Source: an uncultured Thermofilaceae archaeon (GTDB lineage: Archaea > Thermoproteota > Thermoprotei > Thermofilales > JAPDKD01). From it: a stretch of DNA of 43,182 nucleotides. The position numbers were made by a program, and so were the translations under genes. How positions within the stretch are numbered: the first letter of the stretch is position 1; every line of letters begins with the position of its first letter. A model generated the notes under the pieces. It was not told the DNA's origin. It was given only the letters and a program-made list of their open reading frames with translations, and did no database searches. Shown one piece after another: positions 8,524 through 16,133 of the stretch. The stretch is taken from the NCBI GenBank assembly GCA_964522715.1, contig CAZFWY010000007.1, forward strand, positions 1-43,182, in the 5' to 3' direction.

Positions 8524-9678
8524 CTACTTCTTCTTCCTCCCTTTCGGTTTTTCAACTTTCCGTGAGATCGCCTTGACACCCATCCTCATCATACGTCTGA
8601 ATGCCCCGTCTATGAACCTGATGTGAGAGCCGCCCCTACCCACGAACGACGGGTACTCCGAGGAGTCCACCACTACTTCGAGGTTAGCGCCGACTATGTC
8701 TGTGTCGAGAATGTACTTCCTGAGCCAGGGGAGTGGGTGCAGAGCCACCACGAAGGGCTTGAAGTCCGTGGTCAGCTCCACTCCCCTCAGCGCGAGACCT
8801 AGGTCCTTCTCCATCTTAGTTATTCTCTCGCCGTTCTTACCTATGAGCCTGCCGAGTCTGCCCTCCTTAGACACTATGAGGGCGTCCGGCACGCTGGGGG
8901 GCTTACCCTCGAAGCACTTCTCCTTCAAGTCCTTCAACATGACGGCCGTGATTATGTCGGCGTCCGGGGCGTAAATGTAAGCCGTATCTATAACCTTCTT
9001 CTCCTCGTCGCTTAGCTCCCTCCTCCTCAGCCTAATCTCCATGACCAGCTTAAACCCCCTCTTAGCCCCAGGCCTAACGATGTCCTTAACCCCGAAGTCC
9101 ACAACCACCGCGTCCTCCTCGTTCAGGAGAACCTCCCTGGCCAGAGCAGCGCCGTTATACGTGGCGTCACGAGTCTGGAAGAGCGGGTCTCCAGCGATGA
9201 CGAGCTTAGACTCCGAGCCAACCCTGACCAAGGCCTCCGTGAGCGTAACAGGGGACATAAGCTGCGCGTCATCTAGGAAAACGAGGCACCTATCGAAAGT
9301 CCTCCCCCTCAGGAGGTTGGGATCGGCTAGCACCAGCTTACCCTCGTTAATCATTCCTTCTATCTCCTTCTTATCCACGTAGTCGGCCAGCAGGTCGTAG
9401 AGGTAGGCGCTCGCCAAGTCGTAGTAGGTATCCCCCAGCTCAGCGGCTGTAAACTCTCTCTCCCCCTTAACGTCGACTATAGGCCTAGCCAATATGAAAC
9501 GCGCATATTCCCCCCTCTCCACGGCGTCTATCCCATAGGCGATCGTCAGGAGGCTCTTACCAGTACCACTAGGGCCGAAAGCCCCCACTAAGTCGATGTC
9601 CTTACTCTTCAGGGCGGCCAACAACATTTTCTGCTTCTCGTTTACCGGCCTCACCTTCTCCAACAACATCACATACAC
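8524..9678 (-). CDS. PhoH-like P-loop ATPase with C-terminal KH-type RNA-binding domain(s)
   Basis: Walker A GPSGTGKS and PhoH-type core (LLRGRTFDRCLVFLDDAQLM ... LVIAGDPLFQ). KH GxxG loops at LIGKNGERI and FVGRGGSHI. The stop lies 2 nt before the topA start. TATA-like elements are at about 9705-9730 on the minus strand. Confidence 0.85.
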   Translation of the reverse strand: MYVMLLEKVRPVNEKQKMLLAALKSKDIDLVGAFGPSGTGKSLLTIAYGIDAVERGEYARFILARPIVDVKGEREFTAAELGDTYYDLASAYLYDLLADYVDKKEIEGMINEGKLVLADPNLLRGRTFDRCLVFLDDAQLMSPVTLTEALVRVGSESKLVIAGDPLFQTRDATYNGAALAREVLLNEEDAVVVDFGVKDIVRPGAKRGFKLVMEIRLRRRELSDEEKKVIDTAYIYAPDADIITAVMLKDLKEKCFEGKPPSVPDALIVSKEGRLGRLIGKNGERITKMEKDLGLALRGVELTTDFKPFVVALHPLPWLRKYILDTDIVGANLEVVVDSSEYPSFVGRGGSHIRFIDGAFRRMMRMGVKAISRKVEKPKGRKKK

Positions 9679-9906
9679 CAGCTAGGAGTGAGTATCCACA
9701 CATTTAAACATACGTTTATAAAAACTGCCGCCGTGAATGTAGCAGTACATGAAGTTGAACTTGCACGGCCTGTAAGGGGTTCGCAGAGTAGTCATCCGGG
9801 AACTACTTATCCCTCCTCCTATGCCTACTAAGGACTGTTCTCACTGAGACCTCTCTCACCATTCCAACCATGCTACAAGGCAACTGGGGGCTGCACAGGA
9901 GTCCTC

Positions 9907-10706
9907 TCAGGCATCGGGAGCCACGATCTCCACGGTTATCCCCACATGTCCGTCCCTGTACACCTGGCCGAGCCTAACTTCGAAGTACTTCCTACCCTCA
10001 CTACCCGTGCAGTGGAGGGGGTAAACCTCCTTCATGCTAGCCTCTCAAACACTGAGGCTATCTCCTCGAGCCTGGACCAGCTGGCACCGAGGAGGTGGAA
10101 GCCGCGAGAACAGCATAGATCGGTAGTCCCATCACGTTATATGCGAACTCAACTATCCCATCGACCCTAAGTGCGAGCAACCCATTACAACCACTACCCC
10201 TCGCCCCTTAACGTAGACTCTCAGGAACTGCTCGGCGGGAGGGGCCATAGAGCGGGCCCATGACCGCCACCCCTTTGAACAATACTGTGGGCTGGCTCAA
10301 CTGCACGGACTTCAGCTTAAGGCTCCTCACCCCCATCTCAAGTCTACTCTTCCGGCGTATGTAACCTCTGCCACCGCTGGGAGCCTGCCTACGTGGTCTC
10401 CTAGCCGCGAGAGATCATGGCAGCGTCTAGGTTGCTCAGGTCCACGCTCAGTGTGTGCGTGTTTCTCTTGAGCACCCGGTGGTCAAACTCTACGTCGAAC
10501 AGCATCCTAATAGCCCCTGTGTCCACGTAGACGGATATCCCAAGGCGGGCTCCAACCTTGGGCCCTAGTTTCAGCTCCTCACCTACGTCAGGGAAGCTCT
10601 GTCTGACATAAATTTGCAAGCCTAAGCATAGTAACCACTCCGGTGTGATTTCCAGAGGGTCGGAGGGTCTATTGGCCGCACACCAATATTTCGAGCAATG
10701 ACACAA
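9907..10706 (-). pseudogene. Decayed coding remnants, possibly of a retropepsin-like (D-T-G-A) aspartic protease gene
   Basis: No ORF longer than about 100 aa in roughly 1 kb. Minus-strand fragments lie in different frames: ...ISVYVDTGAIRMLFDVEF...MISRG* (10401-10706), ...AVAEVTYAGRVDLRWG*, MGVRSLKLKSVQLSQPTVLFKGVAV..., and MKEVYPLHCTGSEGRKYFEVRLGQVYRDGHVGITVEIVAPDA* (about 9907-10035). Confidence 0.3.
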
Positions 10707-10718
10707 AATTAGAAAGGC

Positions 10719-10741
10719 TTAAATAATTTAGACTAATCTAA
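10719..10741 (+). promoter_or_regulatory. feoA promoter region: TATA-like ttaaataa (10719-10726) followed by the near-palindrome TTAGACTAATCTAA (10728-10741), a candidate DtxR-family operator
   Basis: The inverted half-sites TTAGA/TCTAA are read directly from the sequence. The site lies 24-33 nt upstream of the feoA starts (GTG 10765 / ATG 10774). A DtxR-family repressor is encoded 3.7 kb downstream. Confidence 0.35.
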
Positions 10742-10764
10742 CAATACTAGAACAGGCTAAAGGA

Positions 10765-11055
10765 GTGATATGCATGCTCGTTAGGCTGAGCGAGCTTGAG
10801 CCTGACGAGGAGGGCGTTGTTGCGAAGATTTTGGGGAAGGGTCTGGTTGCGAGAAGGATGGCAGACATGGGCCTAACCCCAGGAACTAGGATCAGAGTGC
10901 TGAGGAAGGCCCCGCTCGGAGACCCGATAGAGTTCGAAGTCAGGGGCTACAACCTCTCGCTAAGGAGGGATGAAGCGAGCCTGGTGCTTGTAGATGTGGC
11001 GCGGGATGAAAGGCTTCTCCCGCGGCAGAATAATGCCTCTAGCACTCCTACCTGA
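10765..11055 (+). CDS. feoA: Ferrous iron transport protein A (FeoA domain), copy 1
   Basis: FeoA/SH3-like pattern: GVVAKILGKGLVARRMADMGLTPGTRIRVLRKAPLGDPIEFEVRGYNLSLRRDEASLVLV. ATG 10774, preceded by aggag, is the likely start. Confidence 0.85.
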   Translation: MICMLVRLSELEPDEEGVVAKILGKGLVARRMADMGLTPGTRIRVLRKAPLGDPIEFEVRGYNLSLRRDEASLVLVDVARDERLLPRQNNASSTPT

Positions 11056-11260
11056 CGGCTCAAAGGGGACGGTGAGGATGGTGGTTGGAGGTTTTGGTAT
11101 GCGTAGGAGGTTGCGCGAACTCGGGTTCACGGAAGGGGAGGAAATCCGCGTGCTTAAGGGGGGAGGGCCGGGTCCTGTCGTGGTGCTGATTCGAGGATCT
11201 AGGGTTGCGCTGGGGAGGGGGGTTGCAATGAAAGTGTTCGTCGAGGTGGTTGAGCTGTGA
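11033..11260 (+). CDS. feoA: Ferrous iron transport protein A (FeoA domain), copy 2
   Basis: GTVRMVVGGFGMRRRLRELGFTEGEEIRVLKGGGPGPVVVLIRGSRVALGRGVAMKVFV. The ORF opens at 10994; ATG 11033 is the likely start. The stop overlaps the feoB GTG start. Confidence 0.8.
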   Translation: MPLALLPDGSKGTVRMVVGGFGMRRRLRELGFTEGEEIRVLKGGGPGPVVVLIRGSRVALGRGVAMKVFVEVVEL

Positions 11261-13323
11261 TCAGGGTAGCCCTTGCGGGCAATCCGAACGTTGGCAAGTC
11301 TGTCATATTCAATAGTTTGACGGGGTCCCACCAGCGCGTCGGAAACTGGCCTGGGAAGACTGTCGAGAAGAAGGAAGGAGTATTCAGGTACGGCGGGGAG
11401 GAAATATACGTCGTCGACCTCCCCGGCACCTATAGCCTGACGGCCTACTCAGTCGAGGAGCTCATCGCCAGGGACTACATCATTAAGGAGAAGCCCGACG
11501 TCGTCGTGGTGGTCGTTGACGCCTCAAACCTTGAGAGGAACCTCTACCTTGTCCTGCAGATACTGGAGCTCGGGGCCAGGGTCGTTATAGCTCTCAACAA
11601 GATGGATCTGGCCGAGGCTTCAAACATTCACATAGACGTTAAGGAGCTCGAGAAGCTGTTGGGAGTCCCTGTAGTCCCGATGGTTGCGCCTAAGAGAGTA
11701 GGCGTGAGCGAGCTGTGCAGGAAGATTCTCGAAGTCGTCAGGATGAGTAAGCGGCAGACTACGAGAGGCACTAATGTCCCCTCCGGAGACGCTCGTGATC
11801 CACGGGCGGGTAAGCAACCAGTTGCGGTGAGGTATGGAGCTGATTTCGAGAGGGCGATAGCCGAGATCGCGAGGCTCGTGGAGGGAGTCCCCGCCCTTAG
11901 GGCTTACAACCTGCGCTGGCTAGCAATAAAGCTATTGGAGGGAGACAGCGAGGTAATCAAAGTGGTGAGGGAAGCTGCTGCGGGAGAGGAGGTGCTCAGG
12001 GCGGCAAAGGGCATCAGGAGCAGGCTCGAGCAGAAGTACGGGGACCTAGAGATGGCTCTCATTGACGAGCGCTACAAAGTGGTCAAGCGTATCGTCGGAA
12101 GGGTTGTGCGGGGAGAGAAGTTGCTGACGGCAAGCGACGCCCTGGACCAGGCGTTACTCGACAAGTATCTGGGGATACCTATATTCGTTACCGTCCTATG
12201 GGCCATCTTCCAGTTCACATTCATAGCTTCGGCGCCGTTCTCTGATCTCCTGGGCGACGTTTTCGCCGCGCTGTCGGAAAGGCTGGCAGGCATTACGGGG
12301 ATCGAGCATCTGGACTATCTTCTGTTTGGGGAGTACGGAGTGATAAACGGTATTGGAATGATCCTAAGCTTCGTGCCGCTGATAATGGCACTATATCTCG
12401 CGATGTCTCTGTTCGAGGACTTCGGCTATATGGCCAGAGCCGCCTTCCTAATGGACAGAGTCATGAGGAGACTCGGCCTGACTGGTAGAGCGATAATACC
12501 GATGATCTTGGGCTTCGGTTGCAACATCGCGGGTGTTTACAGCACGAGGGCAATACCAGAGGAGAGAGACAGGATAGTAGCCATCGTGACCAACCCCCTA
12601 ATGTTGTGCTCGGCCAGGCTGGCCGCCTTCTCTGTGATAGCAGCGGCTTTCTGGGGATACGCGGCAGGGAGCGTTCTCCTCTCCCTATACCTCCTCGGAA
12701 TAGCCCTCGCGATCCTAGTCGCGCTGGCCCTGAGGAAGCTTGTACTCAGGGGGCCGCCATCGCCCTTCGTAATGGAGCTCCCGCCTTACCAAATGCCCTC
12801 CCTCAAGGTTGCGGTCACGTACATGTGGTTCAGGGGGTCGCTGTTCTTCAAAAAGGCAGGTACTGTAATTCTGCTAGGCCTACTGGTGATAGGCGTCCTT
12901 GCCTCAACCGATGCGTCCACGCTCTCGTTCACGAGCGACGTGGAGAGAAGCCTGGTGGCAGCTCTTGGCCACGCCTTAAAGCCGTTGTTCGCTCCTCTCG
13001 GCTGGGACTGGAGGCTTGTTGTATCGGTGGTGTTTGGCTTTGTCGCTAAGGAGATAGTGATCGGAGCGACGGCCATGCTATACGGGGTTCCGGAGGAGAG
13101 GTTTGGCGAATTCCTAGTGAAACGTTATGATCCCATGACTATGTACGCGTACATGGTGTTCGTGCTCGTGTACATACCGTGTGTCGCGACACTCGCCGCG
13201 GTGAGGCATGAGACACAGTCGTGGAAGTGGGCCGCGCTCACACTAGCCTACGGTGTTGTACTGGCCTACGCGCTGAGCCTGTTAACAGCAGCGATCGGAA
13301 GGGCTATCCTACTCGGGGTGTGA
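11257..13323 (+). CDS. feoB: Ferrous iron transporter FeoB (G-domain plus polytopic membrane domain)
   Basis: G1 motif GNPNVGKS, DLPG, NKMD, and a long hydrophobic C-terminal domain. 688 aa. Confidence 0.95.
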   Translation: MIRVALAGNPNVGKSVIFNSLTGSHQRVGNWPGKTVEKKEGVFRYGGEEIYVVDLPGTYSLTAYSVEELIARDYIIKEKPDVVVVVVDASNLERNLYLVLQILELGARVVIALNKMDLAEASNIHIDVKELEKLLGVPVVPMVAPKRVGVSELCRKILEVVRMSKRQTTRGTNVPSGDARDPRAGKQPVAVRYGADFERAIAEIARLVEGVPALRAYNLRWLAIKLLEGDSEVIKVVREAAAGEEVLRAAKGIRSRLEQKYGDLEMALIDERYKVVKRIVGRVVRGEKLLTASDALDQALLDKYLGIPIFVTVLWAIFQFTFIASAPFSDLLGDVFAALSERLAGITGIEHLDYLLFGEYGVINGIGMILSFVPLIMALYLAMSLFEDFGYMARAAFLMDRVMRRLGLTGRAIIPMILGFGCNIAGVYSTRAIPEERDRIVAIVTNPLMLCSARLAAFSVIAAAFWGYAAGSVLLSLYLLGIALAILVALALRKLVLRGPPSPFVMELPPYQMPSLKVAVTYMWFRGSLFFKKAGTVILLGLLVIGVLASTDASTLSFTSDVERSLVAALGHALKPLFAPLGWDWRLVVSVVFGFVAKEIVIGATAMLYGVPEERFGEFLVKRYDPMTMYAYMVFVLVYIPCVATLAAVRHETQSWKWAALTLAYGVVLAYALSLLTAAIGRAILLGV

Positions 13324-13325
13324 GT

Positions 13326-13853
13326 ATGTCTAGAAGCACCGTGTACTACGGGGCGGTTCTGGGCCTCCTCTACATCGTCTACGGGATTGTTCAACTGTAT
13401 AACGGTGCGGCGAACTGGTGGCTGGGGAGGGAAGAGCTTCTGCAATTGGGAATTAGAGCATTTGGAACATATATCCCTAACGCTTTCCCGGACCCGTTCT
13501 CCGGACTGGCATTAGTAACCGTCGGGTTGCTGTTCCTGGACTCTCTGTACCACTACGCGCGAGGAAACATGAAGTACGTGGGGTATCTCTTCACGGCCTG
13601 GCTACTCTCCATGGTGATGCTGACCTTGAACGTCGTGGAAATAGTTGCTATCATCCTCGACGCATACTATCCTCTCTTATACGGAGTGGAGCCAAACTAC
13701 GAGTGGAGCCTAGCCTCAGACCCTTGGGGTGTGGCACCGCACCTGGTGTTAGGGCTCCTGTCGCTGCCGCTCTACTTTGACTTAAGAAGCTTTATTAGAG
13801 AACTGATGCCGCGATACACTAAATTAGGGGGCTCGCCTCAAGGCCTCACTTAG
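13326..13853 (+). CDS. Small integral membrane protein (about 4 TM segments), function unknown
   Basis: ATG 13326 is 3 nt after the feoB stop (the listed ORF opens upstream, inside feoB). Hydrophobic segments: VLGLLYIVYGIVQ, LALVTVGLLFL, LFTAWLLSMVMLTL, HLVLGLLSLPLYF. Confidence 0.6.
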   Translation: MSRSTVYYGAVLGLLYIVYGIVQLYNGAANWWLGREELLQLGIRAFGTYIPNAFPDPFSGLALVTVGLLFLDSLYHYARGNMKYVGYLFTAWLLSMVMLTLNVVEIVAIILDAYYPLLYGVEPNYEWSLASDPWGVAPHLVLGLLSLPLYFDLRSFIRELMPRYTKLGGSPQGLT

Positions 13854-13960
13854 GGGGCTGTGACAAGTGGAGGATCAAGCGGCTAGGAGTTGCGCGGAGA
13901 CGGCTTTTTCATCGTTACACATGATTAAACAGTATATACTATAATGCCTGTTTCAGCGCT

Positions 13961-13997
13961 CTTAGATCTAAGCTACATGTTTTTTAGACTAATGATA
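13961..13997. promoter_or_regulatory. Second cluster of TTAGA-type palindromes: perfect CTTAGATCTAAG (13961-13972) and TTAGACTAATGATA (13984-13997)
   Basis: Read directly. The 10-mer TTAGACTAAT is identical to the feoA site. A TATA-like tatatactataat lies at about 13933-13945. Confidence 0.25.
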
Positions 13998-14010
13998 TTG
14001 TTGATTTCTG

Positions 14011-14282
14011 ATGAAGCCCGTTAAGCTTAAGCTAACCCTAAGCGACAGCGAAGTAGTAGAGCTAGTACGCCAACACCGCTGGAATGCCCCTACTGTGACT
14101 CAAGCAAAGTAATACGGTACGGCAAAGCGCTGAGCAGGCCGTACGTCCAGCGCTACCGCTGCAAGGATTGCGGCCACCAGTTCAACAACCTCACTGGCAC
14201 CCCATTCGCCTTTTTTTTAATGATGAGGTATTACATCGGCGCTAGCTGGTTTCAATGCCTTTATCGCATTTTGCGTTTCTGA
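14011..14282 (+). mobile_element. Truncated, frameshifted remnant of an IS-type transposase N-terminus (zinc ribbon; IS1595/IS1/IS6-like)
   Basis: The frame from 14079 reads LECPYCDSSKVIRYGKALSRPYVQRYRCKDCGHQFNNLTGTPFA, then breaks at a T8 run (14211-14218). That frame has no start codon. A short ATG ORF at 14011 is in another frame. No DDE domain follows. Confidence 0.45.
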
Positions 14283-14404
14283 GGCTCTAGCAGAAATACC
14301 CTTGTTTGTACGTCGCTGGCCCACTAAGGTGACATGCCATCTAGCTTAGATTCAAGAGCGACAGCTAATTTATACCTCTAAAACCATAAGAGAGTTGAGA
14401 CGTA

Positions 14405-14848
14405 ATGAACGACTATAAGCTTACTAGGAGCCTTGAAGACTACATGAGAGCGGTGTATATCCTCAGTAAAAAGAAGAGAGTTGTCAGAGTACGGGACATA
14501 TCGAAGCTGCTGGGGGTCAAGCCGTCCAGTGTTACCTCTGCCCTCAAGAAGCTATCGAGAATGAACCTAGTTGAGCATAGGAAGCACGAGTACGTGGCCC
14601 TAACGGAAAAGGGTCGGGTTCTCGCGAACAAGCTTTCAGATAGGTACCGCAACATAGAGCGTTTCTTAGAGAAGGTTTTAGGTCTGCCGAGGGAGATAGC
14701 TGAAGTAGATGCTTGCAATATGGAGCACCACTTGCATGAAGAGACTGTTAATAGGATAAAGATGTTTGTGAAGTTTATTGAAGAAAGTCCAAGCGGGATT
14801 GTGCTCGTAAGGGAGTTCGCCAAGTATTACGATAGGAAGAGAGCTTGA
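14405..14848 (+). CDS. DtxR/IdeR/MntR-family metal-dependent transcriptional repressor
   Basis: LEDYMRAVYIL...VRVRDISKLLGVKPSSVTSALKKLSRMNLV (wHTH). Metal and dimerisation region: RYRNIERFLEKVLGLPREIAEVDACNMEHHLHEE. Confidence 0.9.
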   Translation: MNDYKLTRSLEDYMRAVYILSKKKRVVRVRDISKLLGVKPSSVTSALKKLSRMNLVEHRKHEYVALTEKGRVLANKLSDRYRNIERFLEKVLGLPREIAEVDACNMEHHLHEETVNRIKMFVKFIEESPSGIVLVREFAKYYDRKRA

Positions 14849-14948
14849 AGAAGATGAGCTTGTAAGATGGTGTTTTCCTCTCGCCATCAGTTCCTCCTAA
14901 TATTAGAACCCGACGAAGAGAGTAGGCCGTTCTCAAAATCTCTGGAAT

Positions 14949-15191
14949 GTGATGATCGAATTTCCAGGTGTTATTGAAGATATTAACGAATATATTAGAG
15001 AGCCAGTTAGAAATGAGCACTATGGTAGACGCGTGAAAACAGATGACATCATTGAAATACATCCTCCCGAACTCGACATAAAATTCAAGGTTAAATTCGT
15101 TATGCCCGAAGGATCTTACATAAGGGAGAACACTAAGATCCTTATCAAAATGCCTCTTAAGGGAGGAGATACTAAAACAGCACTTTATTAA
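14949..15191 (+). CDS. Hypothetical small protein in an AT-rich spacer (coding status uncertain)
   Basis: 80-aa ORF (GTG 14949 / ATG 14952). Its composition is more protein-like than the overlapping 151-aa minus-strand ORF. No motif recognised. Confidence 0.3.
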   Translation: MMIEFPGVIEDINEYIREPVRNEHYGRRVKTDDIIEIHPPELDIKFKVKFVMPEGSYIRENTKILIKMPLKGGDTKTALY

Positions 15192-15394
15192 TCCCTGCTT
15201 GGCACTACGAATCGTCACGTTAACTACCATGAGTAAAATAGCTGTTGAGAAGGAATAAAAAGCTTGTAAGCTTTAATAGCTACCAATATATACGCCGGAG
15301 AGTATATCACTCTAGGTGCCGATGACGAGGGAACCAAGCGCAGACTAGTGAAGTTCAGGCTAGACTCGAGGCACCGTTTGAAAGGTGGTAGGTA

Positions 15395-16132
15395 TTGGTG
15401 AGAGGTCGTAGGAAGAGGGAGGTCAGAGTTAGAAGAGCAGTCCCAGACTACAGGAGGATGAGGTCTAGACTCGTAGCTACAGCCTACTTAATACTAATAC
15501 TCGGAGTGGCCTCAGCCTTACTGGCGCCGCTCGCCACGCCCGGAGCCGAGATGACCCCAGAGTACCTGATAGGGGTTATACTGGAGAGGCCTCCGCTGCT
15601 GTCCGTCCTAGCCTTGGTGGTAACAGCCGCTCTATCAACGTTCCTAGTGGTTAAAGCCTACGCCATTTACCTCTACTTCAGGACTATAGACGCCTTAACC
15701 AAGATGATGGAGGGCAGAGTCCCCCAGCCAGCAATGCCTCAACCCACACCCATAGCTACGCCGACACCAACTCCAACACCGACCGCCCCAGCCAGAGTAA
15801 TGCCCGCTAGAGCGCCGGTATCCCGGGAGACAACCCCCGTAGCGCCTTCACCCGTGGTCACTCCCCGGGCAGCCCCAACCCGGCCGCCAACCCCGACAGT
15901 ACCACCACGCCAAGTCACGCCACAAGTCCAACCAGCCCAGCGGGCAGTCCAACCCTCAGCGTCCCAGCCCCAGAGAGTACAACCTCAACCACGACCCACA
16001 GCCCCCGTAGCTCAGCCGCAGCCACAACCTGCCCCGTCGGTGTCCAGTAAGAAGTGTCCGTATTGCGGTAGGGTGTTGCCGTTCGGAGACCTGCACACCG
16101 TCTGTCCGTACTGTGGTAGGAGGCTGAAGTAA
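15395..16132 (+). CDS. Membrane protein with a Pro/Thr/Gln-rich linker and a C-terminal zinc ribbon
   Basis: Basic N-terminus, two TM segments, low-complexity PTPTPTPT/PQ tract, then CPYCGRVLPFGDLHTVCPYCGRRL (CxxC-x11-CxxC). Confidence 0.7.
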   Translation: MVRGRRKREVRVRRAVPDYRRMRSRLVATAYLILILGVASALLAPLATPGAEMTPEYLIGVILERPPLLSVLALVVTAALSTFLVVKAYAIYLYFRTIDALTKMMEGRVPQPAMPQPTPIATPTPTPTPTAPARVMPARAPVSRETTPVAPSPVVTPRAAPTRPPTPTVPPRQVTPQVQPAQRAVQPSASQPQRVQPQPRPTAPVAQPQPQPAPSVSSKKCPYCGRVLPFGDLHTVCPYCGRRLK

Positions 16133-16133
16133 A

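Noticed and set aside
12519-13049. 176-aa plus-strand alternative-frame ORF inside feoB
   Set aside because: It is an Arg/Gly/Pro-rich out-of-frame product of a GC-rich membrane-domain region. feoB is continuous and conserved in its own frame.
14220-14282. Possible C/D box sRNA (AUGAUGA at 14220-14226 and CUGA at 14279-14282, 63 nt apart)
   Set aside because: There are no credible internal D' or C' boxes at the expected spacing and no terminal stem. The region sits on the junction of the truncated IS fragment. The box matches are short enough to occur by chance.
14775-15230. 151-aa minus-strand ORF overlapping the 3' end of the DtxR gene
   Set aside because: It overlaps a confident gene and has atypical composition (many F/N/I/C). 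It was kept only as an alternative in the AT-rich spacer finding.
15700-16030. Pro/Thr/Gln-rich tract as a DNA tandem repeat or contingency locus
   Set aside because: The repetition is at the amino-acid and low-complexity level (PTPTPT, PQ). The DNA units are imperfect and not arrayed. It reads best as a flexible linker within one ORF.
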